A stretch of DNA of 63,706 nt, the filler included, from Octopus bimaculoides (taxonomy: Eukaryota): NCBI RefSeq assembly GCF_001194135.2. It is 5 parts of 5 records of this genome, joined end to end, with 100 filler letters (N's around TTAATTAATTAA, not from the genome) between each part and the next. Parts side by side here need not be neighbours in the genome. Positions count along the whole stretch, not along the records: positions 10,050 to 40,606 come from NC_068991.1; positions 40,707 to 58,201 come from NC_068985.1; 3 more parts are not named here. One strand, given 5' to 3'. A program made the position numbers and the translations under genes. Position 1 is the first letter of the stretch. Each line of letters starts with the position of its first letter. The notes beneath the pieces were generated by a model. That model was not told the DNA's origin, searched no databases, and was given only the letters and a program-made list of their open reading frames with translations. Shown here in pieces: positions 38,118 through 51,675 of the stretch.

Positions 38118-39140
38118 TACGAGGATCGACTGAAAATATATTATATCCGTGGGTCGTCTTAAAACTTCATAGGATGTCTATAAAGGACTGGTGTTAGACC
38201 TGTGAAGTCTTGTATGCATTAATTTCAGCTGTTCTTATAAATAACTGCATTGTTTCTTTCCAGGTAAACTGACATCTGACTTTTCAAAGAATTCAAATGT
38301 AACTAGTAACGACTTCTGTTGAAAATAGACAAAATTTGGCATTATGGTGTTATCAAGTACCTACAAAAATTGGGTTTAGCCCCCAAGATATTTCCTGCTG
38401 ACATGGTTGCTACATTAGGGGATGGCGCTCCAGTCTTATCAGCAGTGCCAATTATGCTATTAGCTATTAGCATATGCTATTAGCTACTAGCATATCCCGT
38501 GCCAAAGCTATTAGCATATCCTGTGAACATGGCATGATGAAGTTTTCTACTCAGTGGGTGCTACATCTTCTGATACATGATCAAAAGCGTACCAAGCTGA
38601 TCACATCACAACAAAATCTGACATTGTCTGAGGCAGGTCCAGATGTTTTCCTCGAACGTTTCCTAATCCAGGATAAGCGTTGCGTCGATCACTTTGATCC
38701 AGAGACAAATAGACAATCCACGCAGTGGAAGCATCCCACCTCATCTGCTCCAAAGAAGACCAAGGTCGTTTCATCTAAGGGGAAGGTGACAGACTTAGTT
38801 TTTAGGGATGCAAAGGGCACTGTGCATGTTGACTATATTCAAAAGGGCCACACCATCAATGGAAAGTACTATACCAACTTACTGAAGCAGTTACAAAAGG
38901 CTACCAATACCAAACGCCCAGGAAAACTAACGAAAGGAATCTTGTTTCATCATGACAACACTCCAGCACAAAGGCGTTGGCTTCGATGGCTGCAGTATGT
39001 GACTGTGACTTTGAACTGGTTGATCATACTCATTATTCTTCTGATTTGGCCCCATCTGACTACTAACTGTTCCCCACCGTGAAAACACAGGTGACTGAGA
39101 ACCAGTATCACAGTGATGATGACATCATATCAGTTGTTCT
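38118..39140 (+). mobile_element. Mariner transposon remnant (irritans/Himar-like)
   Basis: WVLHLLIHDQK, HFDPETNRQSTQW, GHTINGKYY, LFHHDNTPAH; TACGAGG-type TIR start. Confidence 0.88.
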
Positions 39141-39333
39141 TTCTTTTTTTACTTGTTTCAGTTATTAGACTGTGACCATGTTGGGGCACCGTCTAGGAGA
39201 ATTTTCATTCGAACGAATCGACCCCAGTACTTATTTTTTAAAAGCTTGGTACTTATACTATCGGTCTTTTCTGCCCAACCAACACCGGTCGTCAAGCGGT
39301 GATTGGGGTAATTACAGGTACAAAGACACACAG

Positions 39334-39371
<38 letters not shown>

Positions 39372-39883
39372 NNNNNNNNNNNNNNNNNNNNNNNNNNNNN
39401 NNNNNNNNNNNNNNNNNNNNNNNNNNNNNNNNNNNNNNNNNNNNNNNNNNNNNNNNNNNNNNNNNNNNNNNNNNNNNNNNNNNNNNNNNNNNNNNNNNNN
39501 NNNNNNNNNNNNNNNNNNNNNNNNNNNNNNNNNNNNNNNNNNNNNNNNNNNNNNNNNNNNNNNNNNNNNNNNNNNNNNNNNNNNNNNNNNNNNNNNNNNN
39601 NNNNNNNNNNNNNNNNNNNNNNNNNNNNNNNNNNNNNNNNNNNNNNNNNNNNNNNNNNNNNNNNNNNNNNNNNNNNNNNNNNNNNNNNNNNNNNNNNNNN
39701 NNNNNNNNNNNNNNNNNNNNNNNNNNNNNNNNNNNNNNNNNNNNNNNNNNNNNNNNNNNNNNNNNNNNNNNNNNNNNNNNNNNNNNNNNNNNNNNNNNNN
39801 NNNNNNNNNNNNNNNNNNNNNNNNNNNNNNNNNNNNNNNNNNNNNNNNNNNNNNNNNNNNNNNNNNNNNNNNNNNNNNNNNNN

Positions 39884-39918
<35 letters not shown>

Positions 39919-39922
39919 ATAG

Positions 39923-39961
<39 letters not shown>

Positions 39962-40606
39962 ATTATGCAGAAAAACAAATTAAATATATTAAATATAACA
40001 TCTTGGGTATGAAATATAAAATATGTATATATGTATATATACAAAACGAGAGAAATCAAAGAGTGGAGACTTTATAGTAATAGATCCAACTTACACAAAC
40101 GGCAAACGACAAAGAAGATTAAATTGGAGGAGGTAAGATGTTATAACTCCGACACCTGTTTCTGGAGGTTTGGAGATCCCTTATAGTGCTGGTAGATGTA
40201 GTTCATCATAACATGCAGGCCGTAAAGACATCGGGAACCTAGTTTGAATAAATGGAGTGATACTGAGAATATCTGGATCTCATCTGTGATATATGAATAT
40301 ATATGAATATATATAAATTTTGTCTCGGTGAATCTAACTGGAGAGAACTAATCAAATTTACGTTAACAAATGTATTTTGGTGACTTCGAAACCTGGGTCC
40401 TAGTTTATCCACATCTGGGTTGTACATTTATCTAATGTTCTTCCTACAGGCAAGATGAAATTTTTTATGCACGCCACCCGCAAACATCTTTGCCAGTATA
40501 TATACAGCGAAGCTTTACTAGAGCGTCGTATATTATCGACTACTATTTCCAGTGAAGATTGGTACATTGTTGTACCACCATTATATATATATATATATAT
40601 ATATAT

Positions 40607-40706
40607 NNNNNNNNNNNNNNNNNNNNNNNNNNNNNNNNNNNNNNNNNNNNTTAATTAATTAANNNNNNNNNNNNNNNNNNNNNNNNNNNNNNNNNNNNNN
40701 NNNNNN
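40607..40706. other. Artificial scaffold linker
   Basis: 44N-TTAATTAATTAA-44N. Confidence 0.9.
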
Positions 40707-40861
40707 TATATATATATATATATCCTGCCCAGCTGATAAAGTAATTATCACAGTAAGCCAAAACCCAACCCAAAGTAGAATGTATAAAAGTCCTACAAAT
40801 GCACAAAGTAATGTCAAAATTAAAAAATCCAAATATATAATTGAGATTTAATAACACTTAC

Positions 40862-40924
40862 CCTTCGTATAGGACCAAACACTTCAAACTCTCGTCGTAG
40901 TTTTGACTCACTTGTGTCATAATT
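40862..40924 (-). CDS. SNRNP70: U1 snRNP 70 kDa exon: [21 protein letters not shown] (RRM)
   Basis: tttcag acceptor, gtaagt donor; 63 bp; near-identical to human [21 protein letters not shown]. Not in the ORF track. Confidence 0.95.
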
Positions 40925-41859
40925 CTGAAATAGAAACTGGCTTTAGTTTTATCTTATAAATAAAAATTCATGTTAATCCACATTTCCTTGTTTACTAGTC
41001 AAACAATGCGTTTCAGTCTTTGGTATGCTTTCCAATGTCTATAAGTCATGCTGACTATCAATGTAAAATATTTAAACTGTGTACAGAAAGCTATTACAGT
41101 TTATTAAAAAAAATTCTTTTTACATATTACAATTCAATTTTACTCTTTAGTAACCAAATAGCCTGATTTTACATTATTTAAATCAAGCTGTGAATGCATG
41201 AAAGTTAGTGATAATGTTATTTCACAAAGTAGATATTTTGGATACTATACTGTGAGAAATGAATATTCTCAGAATTTGACCATTCTTTTTTTTTTAATCT
41301 CTTTATATTTTAACAGCTTCTTTTATGTCCCCATTTTCTTGAAATGATAGATACTTCAAACTTAGTAATAGTGACAATTAATCTGAAGGATTACTGAAGG
41401 CATTATGATCGACTTTTAAACTATCTTGTGACGCCAAATCAGGCAACTGAAGCAAAATCACAACTTAGTGTAGTAAAGTACATTCTATTGTAAGTTATCT
41501 TTCTGCATTGATGCTCTGAAGGAGTTCTTCCTCTTTTGAGACTAAAAATTTTTAAAAACCCTGAAAGCAATGGATGAATCAAATGCAGAAAGAAAACAAG
41601 AATTAAAATTTAAGAGTATACTCCAAAAACCGATAAGATTTGGAATATATATGTATTTTGGGTCATTTCCCAAATAATGTGGTTCTTTTATACTTCTATT
41701 ATATTTCAAAATTAAGATAAAGTTCTTTTTTAATCTAAAATATACGCTCCATTTTCTACAATGCTCTTCCAAAATTCACTTGTCCGTGATGAAAAATACC
41801 CCTCCCCAGTACTCTTCTGACCTCGTCTACAGAATTCATATTCTTTCTGTCCAAATGAT

Positions 41860-42480
41860 TTTGAAGATTTAGGGACCCAGACTGACAAATGCTAGATCAA
41901 TGGCTAATTCTTAACTAAATACTTCTGCTGCAGTTGAGCTCACTAAGAATATGCCATCAGTAGTACCTCTTCCAGGCACAAACTGGAAATGAATCTTACA
42001 TCAGTTCATTTTGTTCTTAAGTGTGCTATAATTCTTTCCATAACTTGCATATCCTCGTCTGTTTGATAGCTGTGACTGCCTCTTTCTAATGCATCTCCTT
42101 TGCTCTTGTAGCAGCACACAAGGAAACCTTTGTACTAGTCACTGCATATAACATCTTGCTGTAATGACTGATTGCAAATGAAAAGGATATGCTCTATTTC
42201 ACTAGCTATTTCAAATAATTGCAGTTATTCAGCAAATGCCTAGAATGCACCCTATTTTGACAAATATCTTAATAATTTCAGTGATTCATCTAGAACAAGC
42301 TGTCTTTCCAGCCTTCATATCCTTAATTGCACTTGGAACATAATGCTTTTAACTTGAATGGCCTGTCTCTGTTGGGTCAACTTAGGATAGATACTATTTC
42401 TCCTAAGCATTCTCCATATCTCTAAATAGCATTCCCCATCTTTCTTTCAGTAAGGGCATACATAGGCCATACAACATGGA
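41860..42480 (-). mobile_element. Decayed RTE LINE RT fragment in a SNRNP70 intron
   Basis: Minus strand FQFVPGRGTTDGIFLV at about 41945-41995. Confidence 0.7.
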
Positions 42481-43073
42481 CAGTGTACTAAAGGAAACTG
42501 AGAATCAAGAGCTGTGAACAGATACCGACTAAAACAACAGACCAATGAGGGAACAATCTGAAATTCTACAAAAGTAGCAGCCAAATTCTGTACACATTTC
42601 TCCCTATTAGCATCATCATTCTCTCTGGCACATTGCTCGGCAGTCTGGACTGCATGTAAGAATCAAAAGTGTACATAGACATGCATACATATGCAAACAC
42701 ACATTAAAATAATCATAAACCAATAAGAGGGCCTCTAAGTAGTAGTTTGAAAAAAAGAAAATGAAAAGAAAAAAGAAAGGCAATTCTCCATCAAATTACG
42801 TGACAAAAGAACTTTGACAAATAATAATAAAGCTAAAGTGAAGAACAAGTAAATAGCAGTATTTTATGACTAGATGCTCTTTACAATGCTAAACTGCTTT
42901 CAAACAAGGTACTCAATTCCAATGATCTGCTGTCAAAGTGACGGCCAATGAAAACTTACAAAGTCAAACACACTTATGAGTTTCTGCGCAGTGTGTCAAC
43001 AAAATTTTGATGTTGATACATTTGACAAAGACTTAACTAACTATACAAAAATATAGGATAAAAATAATATTAA

Positions 43074-44608
43074 CCCTTTCGTTACCAAACCGCCCAAAGC
43101 CACCCGAAAAAAATTTTGGTTCATGTGACCAAGCTGCCCAAAACTGCCCGTAATCACCTATTCATATTTAAATGAGAATATCAGAGCAAATCTCGTTAGT
43201 ACATTCGTGAAAACACGTGATTATTTGTGTAAACAGTTCAGCTATAGTTTTGTACAACGATCGACGTGTTTTTTTAATTTTGTGAATTTTGAGNNNNNNN
43301 NNNNNNNNNNNNNNNNNNNNNNNNNNNNNNNNNNNNNNNNNNNNNNNNNNNNNNNNNNNNNNNNNNNNNNNNNNNNNNNNNNNNNNNNNNNNNNNNNNNN
43401 NNNNNNNNNNNNNNNNNNNNNNNNNNNNNNNNNNNNNNNNNNNNNNNNNNNNNNNNNNNNNNNNNNNNNNNNNNNNNNNNNNNNNNNNNNNNNNNNNNNN
43501 NNNNNNNNNNNNNNNNNNNNNNNNNNNNNNNNNNNNNNNNNNNNNNNNNNNNNNNNNNNNNNNNNNNNNNNNNNNNNNNNNNNNNNNNNNNNNNNNNNNN
43601 NNNNNNNNNNNNNNNNNNNNNNNNNNNNNNNNNNNNNNNNNNNNNNNNNNNNNNNNNNNNNNNNNNNNNNNNNNNNNNNNNNNNNNNNNNNNNNNNNNNN
43701 NNNNNNNNNNNNNNNNNNNNNNNNNNNNNNNNNNNNNNNNNNNNNNNNNNNNNNNNNNNNNNNNNNNNNNNNNNNNNNNNNNNNNNNNNNNNNNNNNNNN
43801 NNNNNNNNNNNNNNNTTTTCTGAAGAAACTGGACCAAGTCACAGTCTTACCCAGGAGAGTAAAGCTTTAGACTATTTCTTTTTGCTTTTTCCGATGTACC
43901 TATTTGAATTGATTACGGCGGAAACAAACCGTTATGCTGAATGTAAACAAAGCGTAAAAAAGGATAGTTTGTGGTTTCCCACAAACTTGAATGAAATTAA
44001 AGCATATTTTGCCATAAATATTATTATGGGCATTAGAAAGTTACCTAGAATAACAAATTACTGGAGTAGTGATGAACCCTTTGGAGACGAATATGTCTCA
44101 AGTATAATGACGAGGACACGGTTTTTAAAATTGACTCAATATTTACATGTAAGAGACACGAGCAGTATACCAGTACGTGGATAACCAGACTTTGATCCCT
44201 TATTTGTGAATCAAATACTGGGTACTGCTCTGGATTTGAATTTATACTAGCAAAAGACACAGTAATGAATCCAGTAATGTGCACAACTCTTCTATAATAA
44301 TATTTTGTTGTATACCCTATGAATATTAGCTAATAACCCATTTTCTATAGCGATGTTTGAACAAAAATTTTAATAATTTTATATTTTGTTGAATTTACCT
44401 GTAATTAGAGTCACTTTGTGACAGAAATTTTGGTATAGAATTGGTTGAGAACCTTTCGTTAAATTATCTTCCAAAAATCACATTAATATGTTGATAAATA
44501 AAAAAGTTAGAGTTGTTTAATGAAACCAGACTAAATTTATGATTATGTCAGAAATTAATTGAAACACATAAGGGGTGTATTTTGGTTAGAAATATGGTAA
44601 CGAAAGGG
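43074..44608 (+). mobile_element. piggyBac element with a PGBD4-like transposase remnant
   Basis: TTAA TSDs at 43070-43073 and 44609-44612; perfect 14-bp TIR CCCTTTCGTTACCA; LITAETNRYA...EIKAYFAINIIMG...YWSSD...MTRTRF; N gap inside. Confidence 0.9.
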
Positions 44609-44630
44609 TTAAGCAATCAAAAATACTTAC

Positions 44631-44695
44631 AATTCTGGCAACAAATAAAGTTTTGTAAGGATCAGATGTACTGTCTGGAATGTTGTGCGGATCCC
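44631..44695 (-). CDS. SNRNP70: U1 snRNP 70 kDa exon: (W)DPHNIPDSTSDPYKTLFVARI (start of the RRM)
   Basis: taaag acceptor, gtaagta donor; 65 bp; similar to human [22 protein letters not shown]. Confidence 0.93.
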
Positions 44696-46114
44696 CTTTA
44701 ATAAAAACAATGAACTCATTTATATGGATAGAAAAGATATTAAGAGAAATATCTCCCTCAGCATTCAGATTAATCACATTACATATAAGACCAATATACA
44801 ATTAAGAGGTTAGTGAAGGCTCAGTAGATGTTACATTGGCATTTTAGATTTGTATGGGAAAATTTTCTATAACAATACCTTAAAATGAATGCATTATTAT
44901 TTTTTTTTAAATTCAAATACTTATAGTGCCGTTACTGGTGGTCAAATCATTGTGAAAATTATTGGTATTGCAGAAAAGACTGAAGATTTTTTTTTTTTTT
45001 AAATATAAAAAGGCATTTCTGCAAGTGTGGTTGTTAATTCAATAAGAACAAGAGAGAAAAAGAGATTTTAGTAGTAAATTAAAATGTAGTTTAGTAAGTG
45101 ACATGAGCAAACAAACATCTCAAAACAATCTTCCCCTTGTACTTTTTATAGCCGATTCCATATGAAAGTTACCAAGAACCCTTTGAACCCATGAGCAAGC
45201 ATTAGCAGATCCAACTTTACCTATACCCCCTGGAAGACAGTTTACAAGCATATAGAAAGACCATGTTGATTCAAATGGAGGATATCGCATCCATATTCTT
45301 TGCTTGAGAGAAGATTCAATACATGGTCATTAGAAGATTCATTACCATACAATTTCCAGTTGGCAGTCTGTTTGCAGCTTCAGCAGTGTTTTCACTCCAT
45401 CTGTTGAAATCTACAAGCTAGTGAGATTCAGGGTTTTATCTACCGCTTCATTAGTTTAAAGCCTTTATCAGGAGAGAAACACTTGCATTGGCTTTCTGGT
45501 GCAAAATGCACTCTTTGTTGAAGAATCTTAACCAAATCCAATGGGAAAGTTAAAAAAAAAAAAACCAAAGAAAAAAGTCTTCATAAGTGCTAAAGGTATT
45601 TTAAAACCAACAACCTATAAAAGGTTGTTTCATGACTGATAGTGCCTAACCAGTAAAATCTTCTCAGAGTCATCTGATGAAAAATAAGACTGGTCATACA
45701 TATGGATGGAAAAAGATATAGTTATCATCTCCAAAGCCAACAGCCAATCTAAGTCAAAGAGTATAAAAAAAATTTTTTAAACCCAGATTCCTTCCCCTTG
45801 AAAAAATTTAGCAACAATTAGATCAATGTTAATTACACATATTATAATACAAATAAATGACACAAGAGAGAAATAGATAAAGCTTCAAACAAATGCTGAC
45901 TCAAGATCAGCTGACCAATGTGGTGCATTGCAGATTTATGTCATACAAGAGATTAAGAAGTTATGTGATGCAAATGGAGGTACTACTAATTTACCATCCA
46001 CTTTCTGCAATCAGTTTAACTGTAACTAGACATCAGTGCAAAATTATAAGTCAAAATTTATAAAATCATACATGTTCACAACAAGTATAAAACATAAAAT
46101 CTCCATATACTTAC

Positions 46115-46169
46115 ACAGTGCTAAATCCTGTTCAAGTTTATAAGCAATCTGTTCTACTCTCTCTTTGCG
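46115..46169 (-). CDS. SNRNP70: U1 snRNP 70 kDa exon: RKERVEQIAYKLEQDLAL(W)
   Basis: Minus-strand ttcttccatag acceptor and gtaagta donor; 55 bp; phase 1 joins GG of the next exon to give W-DPH; similar to human RREKIERRQQEVETELKMW. Confidence 0.9.
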
Positions 46170-46869
46170 CTATGGAAGAAAAATAGAAAAAAAAAAACTA
46201 TCTTCAACAATGTCCCAAATTACCCTCATTCAGTAAAATAAAATGTAATAATTTAGAGACAACTGAAACTAACTGAATGTCTACAAAGGTTTATATATGT
46301 GTGTGTATTTTTTCCAATGTGTAAGAACAACACAGGAAAATTAGTTACCCGGATAGCAAAAGTTCACATAGGTACCAAGGATGTAACAGCCTACTTATAA
46401 AGGTAGAAATTCCATGGTTAAGTAAAATGTTTTTCTACAACATACATAAATAAATAAATGGAGTTGAACACAGGTGTTATTCAAATCTTTCTACTTCCGA
46501 CATACGTTTTGAAGAAAACGTTGGTATTATTCCAGAAGGAATAAAATAATGTCAAACAATGAGATCTCCTCATCAGAAAACCAAACACATCAATAAAACA
46601 TTTTAACAGAATGTGATGGCTGTGTATATGGTGCAGGGAACGCCGGCAAGTTATTAAAAAAAAAAACCGTTAAGAGATATGTCAAAGGCAATTTATAGAA
46701 AGAGAAGGAGGAGAAAGAAATCAACAGAAAACTAATAGTGGAGAAATACAGAGTGATACGTGGATAGGAATAAAGCTTAAAGGCGTGGAAATAGATATAT
46801 TTAATGGAAATGAAATCTAAGACAATTAAAGGTTGAGTTCTATATATTGGTAGAAATTACTTATAGGAA

Positions 46870-48700
46870 CTAAAGGTATGTTTTCACCAATGTTTGCAAT
46901 GATAAACGCGTTCTTTAAATGTGTTTACAAGAGGATTTTAAGAACAGAGGGAACTATAAGATTTACCTTTATCATAAAGAAAGGACTTCGACTATTACGT
47001 TCCAAACAAAATTGTTTATGTTCCTTAAGAGACCAAATTAATTTACTAAGCCCAGTATTGTTGTGTTTATTGATATGTCTAAATTTAGAGTAATGGGGAG
47101 ATATTCTTCAGGACAACAGAGATGAAGAACTACCTATGTAAAAAAAGACATCGGAACTGGAGGTAATTTTACAACTAAGAAATGAATGCAATTGGAATTT
47201 ATATCAGAAATACTAATATGGTTGTTGAAAGAATTGTTAGTGTTAATAATATCAATGTTACTATTTTCATTAAGTGGATTTATATTTAACAACTTATTCT
47301 GCAAAGAGATGATTTGTGAAAGGTTTTTAGCGTTTGAAAACCCTATCCCGATTCAGTGTGAATTAATAATCAAATAGTATCTTGAGTTTTGGGGGAAATT
47401 TTTTATCTATAGCTTCACTAAAGGAAATTGAATTTGATCTGCTTAGCATATAGAATTACCAACCAAACAGTTTTGCTAGGATATACCTAGATGTACTTTT
47501 ATAACAAAAAAGGGTCTTAAAGAATGGTTATCTCCCATATGCTGTAAAATCAAATTTTTCGATGTAGTGTTGTTATTCGAACTAAAATTTAAATTGTTAT
47601 TACCGTTATGCTGTGATTTCATGTCCTGATTAATAGAGGTAGAGTTAATGTCAATAGGGTTAATATCGGTAATTTTTTCTTTATAGCCTGCTTTAAGTAA
47701 GGCAGAGTTATTAAATTCAGCTTTATCATTGAAGATATCAACATTGGAAGATAATCTAGAATGTCTAAGTGAAATATTCCTAACCAAATTCCTTGTAATA
47801 GCCTTCGGATGATTACTGAAAGAGCTAATATATTTTGAATTAGTTGAGGGTTTATGGTATGGGAAATATGAATTATTATATAAGTTAAGGGTAATATCCA
47901 AAAAATTAGCTTTGATGATGATGATGATCCTAAGTTCATATTTCGGAAAAATTTAACCAACCTATTTTTAACTCTTTGTAATTTTTGGTTAGCAGTATTT
48001 TGAAGGTAGAGTAGACAATCATCAGGATTGTCTACTCCATTGATGTTGGAGAATTGGTCAGAAAGGGTATATATACTGACCAAATCAGTGATTTGTGCTG
48101 AATCAGGACTTCCCATCGTGACATCAAAACTTTTGGACTTATCTTTACGGACCCACAGCTTGTTATCAAGTTTAGTAATAGATTTTCTGGCAGCTAACAT
48201 GACAATTTCATCGCTGGTGAGACCTGCTTTGTTGTGTGCGAGCCAGAGTGCTTTGTTAAGTACAATTGGGTTAACAGAGGAATAGTAACTAGAAATGTTG
48301 AACTGGATAAACTTAGAGCACTTCTTGTTAATAGAATTAAACCAGTCAACCACTTGGAAAAATGAGACCATAAATTAAGCTTAAATTTTTTAAATAAGGT
48401 AGGAATATATTCACCTAGGATATTTTTGCTAAGTACATCAATATCAGAGCTAGGACAAATAAGTTGTAAAGTTGGGCTATTAAAAAAATTTTGTTTGTGA
48501 TCAACTGGTTCATCTGTGAGTCATATTTCTCCATGATTTTCTTAACCTTGAGATTGGCACGCCTGGTTGCACTTTTACCAGTGATACTGTATTTCTTTTC
48601 TAAGCAATTCTAGTTAGTAATCTTTGTTAAGACTGTTTACCATTTTATTCGATTGAACCAGTATCCCATCCATGTTATGAATTTCTTTGGTGATATTGTA
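46870..48700 (-). mobile_element. Second Naiad-like Penelope-like element, decayed
   Basis: FIQFNISSYYSSV, FDVTMGSPDSAQITDLVSIY, DITLNLYNNSYFPYHKP..SNHP, TGLSKLIWSLKE. Confidence 0.85.
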
Positions 48701-48914
48701 GAGACACCACAGATGTTTATTTCTTAAGGGTTCACGTTCACCCTTAAGAAAAGTGATATATATAAGTATGTATAAAATATATATTACATTACATACATAT
48801 ATAATATAGGTATATATATAATATTACATATACATAATAAACGTATATATAACATATACATTACATATATATATAGGTGTATATAATAGATATATCAGAT
48901 AATTTCTGTTATTC

Positions 48915-49437
48915 TTTTACTTGTTTCAGTCATTCGACTGCAGCCATGATGGAGCATTGCCTTTAGTTGAGCAAATCGACCCCAGGACATTCTTTGTGAG
49001 CCTAGTACTTATTGTATTGTTCTCTTCAGCTGAACCATTAAGTTACAGGGATGTAAACATACCAACATAGGTTGTCAAGCAATGGTGGGGGTGGACAAAC
49101 ACAGACACACTCATCTATATATGCACGACAGATTCTTTCAGTTTCAGTCTACTGCGGCCATGCTTGCGCACCCCATTTACTCGAGCCAATTGACCCTAGA
49201 ACTTATTCATTGTAAGCCTAGTACTCATTGTATTTGCGCCTATTGGTAAGCCGCTGAGTTACACGGACGTAAACACGTCAGCATCGGTTGTCAAGCAATG
49301 TTGGGGGGACACACATATATGTTTCAGTCTACCAAATCCACTCACAAGGACTTGGTCGGCCTGAGACTATAGCAGAAAATACTTGCCTGAGGTGCCACAC
49401 AGCAACTCATATATAGTATATATATATATAGTATATA

Positions 49438-49502
<65 letters not shown>

Positions 49503-49880
49503 GCATATATTACACACACATATATATATGCCTCTGGGCATATATACATACATATGGCATGGTGATTTAGAGCGCGTGCTGCGAAACCCAAGATTCCGAG
49601 TTCGATTCCAGGAAGAGACCTGAATAATAATAACAACATAGCCTTGTGAGTGGATTTGGTAGACAGAAACTGAAAGAAGCCCTTCGTAAGTATGTATGTA
49701 TGTATGTATGTATATCCCCACACCGACATCGCTTGACAACCAACGCTGGCGTGTTTACATCTGTGTAACTTAGTTTACCAATAGACGCCAAAACAATGAG
49801 TACTAGGCTTACAATGAATAAGTCCTAGGGTCGATTTGCTCGGCTAAACGAGGCGCTCCAGCATGGCCGCAGTCAAATGA
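48915..49880. mobile_element. Cluster of SINE family C and A copies around (AT)n
   Basis: Family C at 48915, 49150 (+) and 49720 (-); family A fragments at 49320 and 49640. Confidence 0.75.
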
Positions 49881-49927
49881 CAAAAATAATGAATAATAAA
49901 TATATGTAGACATAGATATTATATGCA

Positions 49928-49962
<35 letters not shown>

Positions 49963-49997
49963 AAGAGAGAATATGCATATATATATAATGTATACAT

Positions 49998-50052
<55 letters not shown>

Positions 50053-50909
50053 GTCCACCAAGGTTCCGTCCTCAACCCCCTCCTATTTATCATAGTCCTC
50101 CAGGCGATCACAGAGGAATTCAAGACAAGTTGCCCCTGGGAGCTCCTCTATGCTGATGACCTTGCACTAATTGCGGAGTCACTATCAGAACTAGAGGAGA
50201 AGTTTCAGGTGTGGAAGCAAGGACTAGAATCGAAGGGCCTTAGAGTCAACCTAGCTAAAACCAAAATCCTAATAAGTAGGAAGGTAGATAAAACGCAAAC
50301 CCCTTCAGGTAGATGGCCCTGCTCAGTATGTAGAAAATGACCGGTGCAAGATATGGACACATAAGAGGTGCAGCAATATCAAAGGCAGGTTAACTAGGAA
50401 GTTAGTTTATGTATGTGGCAGATGTTCAGGTGCAATAAACACTAAACAAACAGGAAACAACTTCTATCTCATTCCAGGGAGAAAAACTAGAGGTAGTTGA
50501 TAGCTTCCGATATCTGGGTGACCAAGTTAGTAGTGGGGGTGGGTGCGCTGAAAGTGTAGCTGCTAGAATAAGAATAGCATTGGCAAAGTTCAGAGAGCTC
50601 TTACCTCTGCTGGCAACAAAGGGACTAACTCAGAGTAAAAGACAGACTGTATGACGCATGTGTACGAACAGCCATGCTACATGGCAGTGAAATATGGGCT
50701 GTGACGGCTGAGGACATGCATAAGCTCGCAAGGAATGAAGCCAGTATGCTCCGTTGGATGTGTCATGTCAGTGTGCATACCCGTCAGAGTGTAAGTATCT
50801 TGAGAGAAAAGCTGAACATAAGAAGCATCAGTTGTGGTGTGCTAGAGAGACGATTGCGCTGGTATGGACATGTGGTGAGGATGGATGAGGATAGGTGCAT
50901 GAAAAAGTG
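50053..50909 (+). mobile_element. RTE-clade LINE, 5'-truncated, RT C-terminal half
   Basis: HQGSVLNPLLF, LLYADDLALIAES, LRWYGHVVRM; closely similar to 56010-56817; runs into an N gap. Confidence 0.92.
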
Positions 50910-51675
50910 NNNNNNNNNNNNNNNNNNNNNNNNNNNNNNNNNNNNNNNNNNNNNNNNNNNNNNNNNNNNNNNNNNNNNNNNNNNNNNNNNNNNNNNNNNN
51001 NNNNNNNNNNNNNNNNNNNNNNNNNNNNNNNNNNNNNNNNNNNNNNNNNNNNNNNNNNNNNNNNNNNNNNNNNNNNNNNNNNNNNNNNNNNNNNNNNNNN
51101 NNNNNNNNNNNNNNNNNNNNNNNNNNNNNNNNNNNNNNNNNNNNNNNNNNNNNNNNNNNNNNNNNNNNNNNNNNNNNNNNNNNNNNNNNNNNNNNNNNNN
51201 NNNNNNNNNNNNNNNNNNNNNNNNNNNNNNNNNNNNNNNNNNNNNNNNNNNNNNNNNNNNNNNNNNNNNNNNNNNNNNNNNNNNNNNNNNNNNNNNNNNN
51301 NNNNNNNNNNNNNNNNNNNNNNNNNNNNNNNNNNNNNNNNNNNNNNNNNNNNNNNNNNNNNNNNNNNNNNNNNNNNNNNNNNNNNNNNNNNNNNNNNNNN
51401 NNNNNNNNNNNNNNNNNNNNNNNNNNNNNNNNNNNNNNNNNNNNNNNNNNNNNNNNNNNNNNNNNNNNNNNNNNNNNNNNNNNNNNNNNNNNNNNNNNNN
51501 NNNNNNNNNNNNNNNNNNNNNNNNNNNNNNNNNNNNNNNNNNNNNNNNNNNNNNNNNNNNNNNNNNNNNNNNNNNNNNNNNNNNNNNNNNNNNNNNNNNN
51601 NNNNNNGTATTGAATGTAGATGAAATATTGAGTGTTCAATATAAAGGATCAAATATATAAATATAAATATATAAA

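Noticed and set aside
10050-40606. Search for the remaining SLC6 (TM11-12) and SNRNP70 (RNP1 and later) exons
   Set aside because: None was found by eye. They may lie in gaps or on other contigs, so neither gene is called a pseudogene.
45130-45560. Possible SNRNP70 poison exon or conserved intronic element
   Set aside because: No convincing splice-site pair on the minus strand. The known vertebrate alternative exon lies in a later intron. It looks more like a decayed DNA-transposon fragment, which I could not support well enough to call.
48720-48751. 12-bp hairpin TTTCTTAAGGGT/ACCCTTAAGAAA at the 5' side of the second PLE
   Set aside because: There is no ribozyme core, and it is too short to assign a function.
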